NCBI RefSeq assembly: GCF_006345805.1
Contig: NC_043011.1
Span: forward strand, 48,372,464 to 48,436,463
DNA length: 64,000 bases
Source: Octopus sinensis
Taxonomy: Eukaryota
Direction: 5' to 3'
Made by a program: the position numbers and the translations under genes. Positions 53,710 to 64,000 of this stretch are shown piece by piece. The first letter of the stretch is position 1, and each line of letters opens with the position of its first letter. The notes beneath the pieces are model-generated. The model saw nothing but the letters and a program-made list of their open reading frames with translations. It was not told where the DNA came from and ran no database searches.

Positions 53710-54140
53710 AGGAGTGGCTGTGTGGTAAGTAGCTTGTCTACCAACCCCATGGTTCCGGGTTCAGTCCCACTGCGTGGCATCTTGGGCAAGTGTCTTCTGC
53801 TATAGCCCCGGGCCGACCAATGCCTTGTGAGTGGATTTGGTAGACGGAAACTGAAAGAAGCCTGTCGTATATATATGTATATATATATATATATGCATGT
53901 GTGTGTGTGTTTGTGCGTGTGTGTTTGTGTGTCTGTTGTGTTTGTCCCCCTAGCATTGCTTGACAACCGATGTTGGTGTGTTTACGTCCCCGTCAATTAG
54001 CGGTTCGGCAAAAAGCGACTGATAGAATAAGTACTGGGCTTTCAAAGAATAAGTCCCGGGGTCGATTTGCTTGACTAAAGGCGGTGCTCCAGCATGGCCG
54101 CAGTCAAAATGACTGAAACAAGTAAAAGAGTAAAAAGAGA
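53710..54140 (+). mobile_element. SINE-A, complete, young
   Basis: Matches 49376-49790, including diagnostic variants. Confidence 0.9.
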
Positions 54141-54565
54141 GAGAGAGTCCTGTCTGATCAAGGTTAATTTCGGGTTAGTAGACAAATGGAACTTCAAATC
54201 TTTGTCCCATAATTCTCAAGATGGTGAAAAGTGTGACTAATCCAGCAAACAACATACCCTCTGTTTACTTAAGACAAGAATACAGTTAGAAAATAGAGAA
54301 TAAATTTTGTACAATAAGCTGGTTAACAGAGCATCACATTGTTTGTTTAGCCAGCCAAATACGAACATATATATATATATATACATATATATATACACAT
54401 ATATATATACATATATATATACATATATATACATATACATATATATATATATATATATACATTATATATATATACATATATAATATATATACATATATAC
54501 ATATATATATATATATATTCATACATATATACATACATATATATATAATATATATATATATTTAC

Positions 54566-54597
<32 letters not shown>

Positions 54598-54660
54598 GTA
54601 TATACATATATATATATTATATACATATATAAACATATACATATATATATACATATACAT

Positions 54661-54694
<34 letters not shown>

Positions 54695-54699
54695 ATATA

Positions 54700-54730
<31 letters not shown>

Positions 54731-55134
54731 GATATATATACACACACACATACACACTCACATATATATATATTTCAAAAGGTAAAAAGACACAGACAGA
54801 GATTTGAACTGTCAATGTAGATACAAGTGTAATTATATATTTGAAGGAGAAGTAATGTTTGTCGGAGTTGTGTTTCTTTACACGAAAATACAGGAAATGT
54901 TATTTTCAATCAGTGTTAGTCTATTGATCACCAATATTTATCTAGATATTACACATTACACCGCACAGTGTAATCAACTTAAAACTTACCCACATTATTA
55001 TTATTATTATTATTATTGTTGTTGTTGTTGTCGTTACAGAGATGATATTTTTCTATGGCTATTGCTGTTTTTGTTTAAAGTTTTATTATTGCATTTCTCA
55101 CACTACTAATATTACTGCAGCTGTTTTGTTGTTG

Positions 55135-55256
55135 CTATAGTAGTAGTAGTAGTGGTAGTAGTAGTGGTAACGGTAGTGGTAGTGGTAGTAGTAGTAGTGG
55201 TAGCAGTAGTAGTAGTAGTAGTGGTGATGGTGGTGGTCGTGGTGGTGGTGGTGGTC

Positions 55257-55296
<40 letters not shown>

Positions 55297-55415
55297 CAGT
55301 AGTAGTAGTAGTAGTGGTAGTAGTAGTGGTAACGGTAGTGGTAGTGGTAGTAGTAGTAGTGGTAGCAGTAGTAGTAGTAGTAGTGGTGATGGTGGTGGTC
55401 GTAGTGGTGGTGGTC

Positions 55416-55448
<33 letters not shown>

Positions 55449-55525
55449 GTTGTTGTTGTGATGGTGTTGGTGGTAGTGGCGGCCGTGGCATTGATGGTGG
55501 TGGTGGTTGCAGCAGCAGCAGCATG
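55135..55525. repeat. (GTA)n/(GTG)n compound tract with internal duplication
   Basis: Direct reading. Confidence 0.9.
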
Positions 55526-55883
55526 AGGTAGATGTCTATCAGGGTGAGAAGTGGGCTGTTGATATAGTTAATTTTGTTCTGTTAATGTTTGCATTGACTC
55601 AGTTGAATCATAAAAAAAATTACAAATAATAATAATAATAATAATAATAATGATAATAATAACAATATATATTCAGGAACGAATGACTGGATAGTCAAGA
55701 TTGAATGTGAAACTCTATATAAACATACCAACAGATGAAGTTTCATTCTATTCCTAATCTCTGTGTTCTGCTAACATTTTATTTCTAGTAATTAAAGTAT
55801 TACACACACAAATATGTCTGTGTATTTGTACATGTATTTATATAGTGTGTATATACATATACACATGCACACACACATATATA

Positions 55884-56550
55884 TTATTTCTTTATTGCCC
55901 ACAAGGGGCTAAACATAGAGGGGACAAACAAGGACAAACAAACGGATTACGTCGATTACATCGACTCCAGTGCGTAACTGGTACTTAATTTATCGACCCC
56001 GAAAGGATGAAAGGCAAAGTCGACCTCGGCGGAATTTGAACTCAGAACCTAATGACAGATGAAATACGGCTACGCATCTCACCCAGCGTGCTAACGTTTC
56101 TGCCAGCTCATGTGACTGTGGCCACACACTATATATCTTTTATTTTCATTTACTTGTTTCAGGGATTTTGACTGCGCCCCTTCTGGAGCACCACCTTAAG
56201 TCAAGCACATCAACCCCAGGACTTATTCTTTGTAAGCCTAATACTTATTCTATCAGTTTCTTTTGCCAAACCGCTAAGTTATGGGGACGTAAGCACACCA
56301 GCATCAGTTGTCAAGTGATGTTGGTGGGAACGCACACACAAACATATACATACACGTTCATATATATATATATATATATATATACAATGGGCTTCTTTCA
56401 GTTTCCGTCAACCAGATCCACTCACAAGGCTTTGGTCAGCCCGAGGCTATAGTACAAGACACTTGCCCAAGGTGCTATGCTGTGGGACTGAATCCAGAAC
56501 CATGTGGTTGGTTAGCAAGCTACTTACCTCACAGCCACTCCAGCGCCTAT
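55884..56550 (-). mobile_element. SINE-B (55884-56110) and SINE-A (56145-56550)
   Basis: Direct similarity to other copies. Confidence 0.85.
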
Positions 56551-56607
56551 ATATATATATACACATATATATATTTATGTGTGTGTGCATGTGCCTGTGT
56601 ATGTGTG

Positions 56608-56643
<36 letters not shown>

Positions 56644-57699
56644 TACACACACACACGTAGGTATCATAGGTTGGGTGACTGTACTGATTACTTATATGAA
56701 AAATATATACATTTTAACGTATATAAGGAACCCCCTAATTTTTGACAAAAAAGGGTTCCTAAATACATGTTAAAATACAGTACTTTTCCTTATTTTCGTG
56801 ATGTTTCATTTTCATAACTTTCCTTCTGTGCTTTAAACATCAGTTTCGAATTTCGCCACAAGGCCAGCAAGTACGGGTGAAGGGGTAAGTTGATTACATT
56901 GGCCCAGTGCTCAACTGTCCCTTATTTTATCGACCCAGAAAGGATGAAAGGCAAAGTCAGCCTTGGTGGAATTTGAACTCAGAATGTGAAGACGGTGGAA
57001 ATACTGCTGAGCACTTTGCTTCACCTTGTAACAATTCTGCCAGCTCACTGCCCCATTGTGCTTTAAATGTTAATACCAGTTACATACCTATAATTTTTGC
57101 AGTAATACAGAGACACAAGAGACCACTAATATAGTATCAATGTAGTTTTAAATTATTACTCACTGAAATTTATAAAGATGTCTTGTCTTCAATCAACAAT
57201 GTGTTCGGTATAGAATTTTATAACTCAGGAAAAATACTCCTGAAATTACGGAGATGTACTTGCATAGCATGTGACCTGATCTGAAATCGTGTGCTGGAAC
57301 AAAAACAATTGCAGCATGGAAAGTGTTTATAAGCCATTTAAGAAACACAAAAAACAATTAGATTCACTTCAACATTTAAATTTAATTTGTCAAAATATTT
57401 TCGTCATTTTGAGACCGCGACCTGTTCACTGACAAAACTTCGTGCAGCATGAAGTTTTGTCTGACTGTTTTGAACATGAAACAGGTAGAATATTTGGGTG
57501 AGATATGGCTAGTTTAAATGCTAAAGGGTTGAAAAAGAACTGTAAAGGAATGGTTAGTGAGAATGGTACCAACCATTAATAGAGAAGTAGTAGGCAAAGT
57601 GAAAATAAACAATGAATTTTGTGAGAATTTTAGTAAAGTTTTAGTTAGTGAAAAAAGGATGATAGGATCCTGCTGGCATCAAGGAAATGGTTATGCTAA

Positions 57700-58420
57700 C
57701 ATTGCAGAAAATGAATGATTTATAAGAGCATGAGAATTGTGAGAGAACCAAAAACAGATTGGCAACGAATAGTGACTTTCTGGAAGATACACTGGAGTAC
57801 TTAGACATCAAAGAATTAGTAAAATAAATTCCTTCCAGTGTCTGGTAGGCTTTATAGAAGTAGTGGGTTGCTTCTGTTGATCAAGTAACCTTATCAGTTG
57901 TGTAGGAGGGTACTCTGAAAACATTGTACCCAGACTAAGTGCAGAGTGGGGAAAAGTTCAGGCATTATTAACTAACAAGAAGGTTCTCTTTCTGAGTGAA
58001 GGGTAGATTCTGCTTTGCTTGTGTATGGACTGTGATGCTGCAAGCTAGTGAAGCATGGTTTTTGAATACAGACAATTTATGATGGTTGATGTGAAATGAG
58101 GCCTTGTTAGATTTCAAATGTTAGTAAAGAGGAATGAGAAAATACCAATGAATTTAAGAGTAAAAAAAACTGAAGGAAATAGATATTATGTACGGCGGAC
58201 AAAAGAGGTGACATGGGAAATGTCTGATGGATAAAAAGATTATGAGAGATCCCTGTGCGAGGAAACCAGTGAAAGGGAAGACAGAAAACATGGACATCTT
58301 TGCTGAAAGCTAATTTCAAGATGCTGAACCCCAACGAAAGAATACAACAAGTGGCAGGAGTCTGCATTGGTTATGACCCATCTAACCCATGCAAACATGG
58401 AAAAGAGGATGTAAAAATGC
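57700..58420 (+). mobile_element. Decayed 3' portion of an RTE-clade LINE
   Basis: Degenerate EVV..FC...D.IS..GG.SE.I..R...W.KF and GR.RKTW-like remnants, and an RTE-like tail aacccatgcaaacatggaaaagaggatgtaaaa. Confidence 0.6.
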
Positions 58421-58676
58421 TTTTCAGAGTGACTGATATGTACATGTATATACTGCGAGTGTGTGTAAATACACTTAGACAAACATACATATTTTTTATT
58501 TCTATGTGTGTGTATATATATATAAAAAATTCTACATGTGTGTGTGTATATATATATATATATATAATTCTACTGTATATATATATATATTATATATATG
58601 TATATAATATATATATATATATAAAATATACATATATATATTATAAACATATAATATATACATTTATACACACACA

Positions 58677-58707
<31 letters not shown>

Positions 58708-59147
58708 TGCGTGTGTAGCCTATAACATGAATTTCGTATTAATCTCATTTCAGAACTGGGAAGAGTGTTTCTGTATATGACTGCATTAGGCTTAATATAA
58801 ATCTGAAGTTCTTATCAAGAAATCTGACAGCTCTATCTACAGCAATGCAATATAATTTGAATGTTCCATGTCCCTCATCAAATTTTTTCATATTTAATTT
58901 GTATCTTCACAGTTTACCAATAAATAAGTTATTGCATTGTTGTTGTTGTTGTTGTTGTTGCAGTTGTATTGATCAGTCCTCATGTCAGCTTTGAATGAGC
59001 AAACTTATAATGGAAGTCATTTCATCTTGACTTTGACCATCGATTATTATTATTACTATATTATTATTATTATTACTATCATTATTATTATTATTATTAT
59101 TATTACTATATTATTATTATTACATATTATATTATTATTATTATTTT

Positions 59148-59698
59148 GAGTGAGAGAGCAGTGCATGCATCAAAGTGACACTGGGGTAAAAATACGAAGC
59201 CCAATATACCATCATGACTACCCGTCTGATAAAGGTACACCAGGCACATGCATCACAAACCATATGTGCGCGACATGGTGATCTCATATCAAGATAAACA
59301 GCACATGACCTTGCAGGTGGGGCCCAGTTAGAATTTTCTTCAGATTGAGTAGCCCATCCCGCTCAAACGGTCCCTGAATAAGGGTTCTTTAAGGATGTTG
59401 AAAGAACCACCCATGTTTCCAGAGGTGAACTATTCAAACCCCAAAGAATCCCTCTCAACACATGCTATGATGCTCCCCCACTACTTCTGCTCGTGATCAG
59501 AGATGCACATATTGTCAGCCACGAAGGGACATGCTCAACTGGTTAAGGTCAAACAACTGACAAGCAAATCTGTGGTATTGAGCAGAATATTTGCTGTAGC
59601 CCATCTTTTATACCAAGACAAAAACAAGTACATGATAACACTTCCAATCAGTTAAGATCAGAAGCCATGAGAGCCACTGCCTGGTACTGCATCAGGGC
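59148..59698 (-). mobile_element. Second copy of the 550-bp (TAA)n-inserted element
   Basis: Reverse complement of 21586-22137, flanked by (ATT)n on both sides. Confidence 0.85.
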
Positions 59699-59769
59699 AT
59701 TTATATTATTATTATTATTATTATTATTATTACTACTATTATTATTATTACTATTATTATTATTATCAT

Positions 59770-60998
59770 TGTCATTTACTTTTAATCTGCATGTTTGATG
59801 CAATCACCTGCCGGGGCACACCCAGCGCCCTAGGGCAAGTGAAGGTTAAGAGTTGTTGAAATATAGCTGAAGCTTTGGGAGGGGAAGTAGAGAAATATCT
59901 CCATGTAATACAAACACAAACATTTACATTGATAGGGTTTTTCTAAGGATGTGGGCAGTACTTGTTAGCACAATCTTTGGATTTCCTTGAGACATGGTTT
60001 TCCAGGGATATTGTCTAGGTGTTTCTGACATCCCTTTTTTATAATACCTAGGGCACCTACAATAACAGGAACAGTTTTTGTTTTAAGATTCCACATCCTC
60101 TGTATTTCGATTTCCAGGTCCTTATATTTACTAAGTTTGTCAAATTCCTTGACAGATACATTTTTATCAGTGGGGACGCTTACTTCTATTAGTCTGCAGG
60201 TATTTTCTCCCTGTCTTTACAATTATGTCTGGTCAATTAGCCTTGATCGTTCTGTCAGTGTTGACTGGAAAATCCCAGAGGATGTGACATCTTTACCTTC
60301 AACAACTGGCTGAGGATGGTGTTCATACCAGTTAGCAGGAGTGTCGGATTTGTAGTGTTTACATATCTTCCAATGTATATACTGTCCTACCCTATCGTGG
60401 CGATTTTTGTATTCGTTTGGTGTCAGCACAGGACATCCCGAAACGAGATGGTCTATTGTTTCGTCAAATGTGTCACTGAATCTGCATTTAGGGTCAGTAC
60501 CGTTTCGGAGAACGTTAGCCTGGTAATTTCTGGTAAACAAGCTTTGATCTTGTGCTGCCATTATGAAGCCTTCAGTCTCTGCTTTCAATCCAGAACTCTT
60601 CAGCCACTGATGGGTTGTTGCTTGGTCTACATCAGCATTTTGGCTTCGGAGAATGTATTGTCCATGCAGGGGCTTCTGGCTCCACCGCCTCTCAATTTGA
60701 TTCTGCCCATTCTTTTTTGCAGTCTGCCTGATTCGCTTTGCTTGCTTGGTAGCAGTGGTTTCTGGCTCTTCACCTGATTCAAGGTTAATGCCTAGTTCCC
60801 TTTCGAACTTATAAGCTCCTTGACAATAGAATGCAGCTTTTTGCTGCTTTCGTGTTCACACACAAGTCGCAGCATCAGTCTTTTGTACTAGATAGGTACC
60901 TGTTCATTCCTACAGTAGAGGTCTTATAGCACAGCTCCAATTGCATCATTCCTCTCCCCCCGCTGCTTCTAGGTAGGTACAAGCGGTCTACATCTGCC

Positions 60999-61000
<2 letters not shown>
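59770..61000 (-). mobile_element. 5'-truncated R4/Dong-like non-LTR retrotransposon (C-terminal zinc knuckle and restriction-like endonuclease), pseudogenised
   Basis: DVDRLYLPRSSGGRG; ETEGFIMAAQDQSL; CRF...ETIDHLVSGC; RHDRVGQYIHW; N*PDIIVKD...LIEVSVP; KLSKYKDL; VPVIVGALG; AHILRKTLSM* ending at 59924; flanked by (ATT)n. Confidence 0.9.
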
Positions 61001-61067
<67 letters not shown>

Positions 61068-61289
61068 CTGTAATTATTATTATTAAGATGGTGAGCTGGC
61101 AGAATCATTAGCATGGTGGATAAATTGCTTAGCGATATTTCACCCTTCGCTACATTCTCAGTTCAAATTCCACCGAGGTAAGCTTTAACTTTCATTCTTT
61201 CGAGGTCGATAGAATAAGTACCAGTTGAATACTGGGGTCGATGTAATCAACTCACCCAAAACTGCTGCCCTTGTGGCAAAATTTGAAAC

Positions 61290-61329
<40 letters not shown>

Positions 61330-61333
61330 GTTA

Positions 61334-61735
61334 AGTGAGAGAGCAGTGCATGCCATCAAAGTGACTCTGGGGTAAAATATATGAGGCCCAGTATACCCAT
61401 CAGAACTACCTGTCTGATAAGGATACACCAGGCACATGCATCACAACCATGTGTGCGCGACATGGTGATCTCATATCAAGATAAATAGCACATGACCTTA
61501 CTGGTGGGGCCCAGTTAGAATTTTCTTCTGGTCGAGTAACCCATCCCGCTCAAAAGGTCCCTGAATAAGGGTTGTTTAAGGATGTTGAAGGAAACACCCA
61601 TGTTTCCAGAGGTGAATTATTCAAACCCCAAAGAATTCCTCTCAACACATGGCTTTGATGCTCCCCCACTACTTCTGCTTGTTATCAGAAATGCACATAT
61701 CGTCAGCTACAAAGGGACATGCTCAACTGGTTAAG
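61334..61735 (-). mobile_element. Third, truncated copy of the (TAA)n-inserted element
   Basis: gtgagagagcagtgcatgccatcaaagtgac...gctcaactggttaag after (ATT)n; a SINE-B lies at 61090-61290. Confidence 0.8.
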
Positions 61736-63233
61736 TAACCTAAAATACTCAGACAGGGTCTCTAAGGACAATGACTTTCAAAGACTTTCAAAGACTATGG
61801 AGAAAATATGGAATTGTATTCTGTCACTTGCATAGGAAGAAAGTCATAAGACTGGTGGTGGTGGTGGTGGTGGTGGTGGTGGTGGTGGTGGTGTGTGTGT
61901 ATGCATTTGTATATGTATGTGTGCATGCATGTGCATTTTAGGTGTGATCATCTAAATTTTGTTTTAAACATGGAGACAGAGTATATCTAGAATTACTTTA
62001 TCAAATGTGTCCTTACTATTCTAAAATGGTAAGTGTGAATGGAGAAGGATTTTGGCAGCTGTTTCCAGCAGGTCAAAAGCAACCATCTAAAGGCCCTCTC
62101 ATTGGCTCACAGGATTGGATTTTGTTGCTATTGGACCCAATAGATTTACAATGAAAGGCATTCCATCTTTGAGACTTTCCATTCTTTTTTTTTTAATTGC
62201 AGACATATTCTAAGACTGCATTACATACCATGTTTTTTAAGACTGTTGTGTATAATTTGAAAGACATTAGGAAACTATTTCTAGTAGGTTGAGCTATGCG
62301 ACAACATAGAGACTTTCTCATTGGCTTGTTCACCATAACATTCATCCGACATGTCTTTCTCCCCCCCACCTTCATCTTCCTCACCTCCTTCTTCAGTATC
62401 ACACTGCTTCTAACCATTGATTTATTATCACATATGAAATACATGCAATTACTCTTAAGAATATCTCACATATCCGTAACTGCCATATTTTAATCTTATT
62501 CTGACATAATTTGCTTCCTCACCCTATTTTTGTATTCTTTTATTACATTTATATTACTTTCACATTCTTTAACCATTCCTGAAATGCTGGTTTATTCTTT
62601 TAACAATTTATATTTATTTTCGTGTTCCTTCTTTTTATTTCTGAAGCCGTTTTCTCAATGCTTATATTATTAAATCACAGAAAATGTAACAATGTTATAT
62701 TGCAGTAATTTCTCCGTCATTTTTTTCTTCTCAGCTTCTTTTTTTGGTCCTCTTTGTTACTTTTGGTTTTATCTAAAACCATTATAAATCATAATTCTTG
62801 TAGAAAAGACTAGTATTTTTGCTTCATTTTATTCTTTTTATACCCAAATATCAAATATTACCGATTCTCTAAAACATTATTATTTCCTCATACTTTATAT
62901 TTTTTATATTTTTATATATCACATGTATTAAATGCTATTTGTATTCTTCTTCTGCTTCTTCTTCTTCTTCTTCTTCTTCTTATTATTATTATTATTATTA
63001 TTATTAGACATTCTATTATATGTTTTATATGATATTATTTAGAAGTTCTGAAATTACTTATAATATTCTTTATATATCATTTACATTTCGTTACATTTTT
63101 GTGTGGTTTACATTTCTATGTACCCCGTGTATTTAACATTGAATTATAGATAAATTTGTATTTAATTAGCTGACTCTAATCTTTACATCGTTAATTGATA
63201 CTAATCTAATTGAGGAAAAGTCTAATCTATACA

Positions 63234-63288
63234 TATCAAAATATTGATATTCTATATCAAAATATTGATATTCTATATCAAAATATTG
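63234..63288. repeat. 21-bp minisatellite, about 2.6 copies
   Basis: Unit tatcaaaatattgatattcta. Confidence 0.85.
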
Positions 63289-63391
63289 TTCCCAGTGATG
63301 TGAAAAGCAGAGAGTAAGTTAAGCTCTTGTTGAGTGGAATCTTAATTAAATAGTCTTTTGCTTGATTCTTTGTTACAGATGAGAAAGACAG

Positions 63392-63431
<40 letters not shown>

Positions 63432-64000
63432 AAGTACACACATATAGAAATATATATGATAGACTTCCATTTAATATTACCATCTATCAAATTTAATTAC
63501 AAGGCATTGATTAGCAAGGAACTATAGTTCAAAATACTTTTCCAAAGTGCAGCACTGTATACCTGAACTCCAAACTGCAAAGAAAGCTATTTTTTTTTAC
63601 CGCAGGCATGACTACACCTGTAGATTTTGGTTATGCTGTTGTTGCTGTAAGGGGTAGGAAAATTGTGCAATTAGCAAGAATTTCAGTGGCTTTCAGTTGT
63701 GAGTTCAATACCCTATAGGTACCTTGGTGAAGGCAATGAAAATCTTTTCTGATTTATTTGAGATTTTCGGTTTAGTTCTTAATTACAAAGTAAGCGCAAA
63801 GCCTCCGGCCCTTTATTTTCTTTTTCTGAGGTTTCAGAGTTACTGAAGGGAAAGGAACGAGTCATACTCAAACCAGAGACATGGTGTAAAAGCTAGTAAC
63901 CAAATGAAGAATTTGAAAGCACGCAAGAACTAAGTGGTGGTGTTAATATGGGTGACAGATTAAGTATATCACTAAAGAACACAGAAATCAATGCGATGGA

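Noticed and set aside
55135-55526. Proline/leucine-rich and valine-rich ORFs
   Set aside because: Pure (GTA)/(GTG) repeat.
62279-62410. Minus-strand acidic frame KQCDTEEGGEEDEGGGEKDMSDECY...STY-stop
   Set aside because: In-frame stop immediately upstream and no polypyrimidine acceptor; purine-rich low complexity explains it.
63606-63646. Possible small plus-strand exon after tttttttttaccgcag
   Set aside because: Only 41 nt, ambiguous frame and donor, no recognisable product.

Overview
AT-rich, microsatellite-saturated eukaryotic DNA. The repeat families look like those of an octopus or other coleoid cephalopod; this is inferred from family recognition, not from a search. I cannot support any host protein-coding gene. 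Nearly all ORFs in the track are translations of (TA)n, (CA)n, (AAT)n, (CAT)n or (GTA)n tracts or of SINEs, and the recognisable protein remnants are all transposon-derived. The window is probably intronic or intergenic. Four SINE-like families recur (my labels SINE-A to SINE-D). There are three decayed Tc1/mariner elements (two DD34D-type, one DD37D/maT-type), a 5'-truncated R4/Dong-like LINE inside a (TAA)n array, an RTE LINE remnant, piggyBac-type MITEs, and Helitron/Helentron-type fragments. The most notable signal is a set of short non-coding elements, mostly beside (TA)n, carrying minimal type I hammerhead ribozyme (HHR) motifs of the Penelope-like-element kind. There are about nine motif copies in at least five unrelated sequence contexts. 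They include a fold-back element with an HHR core on each strand (30765-31114) and a fold-back element joining tRNA-derived Pol III heads to an HHR tail (1451-1825). Repeat boundaries are by eye and approximate to about 10-20 bp unless termini are quoted.
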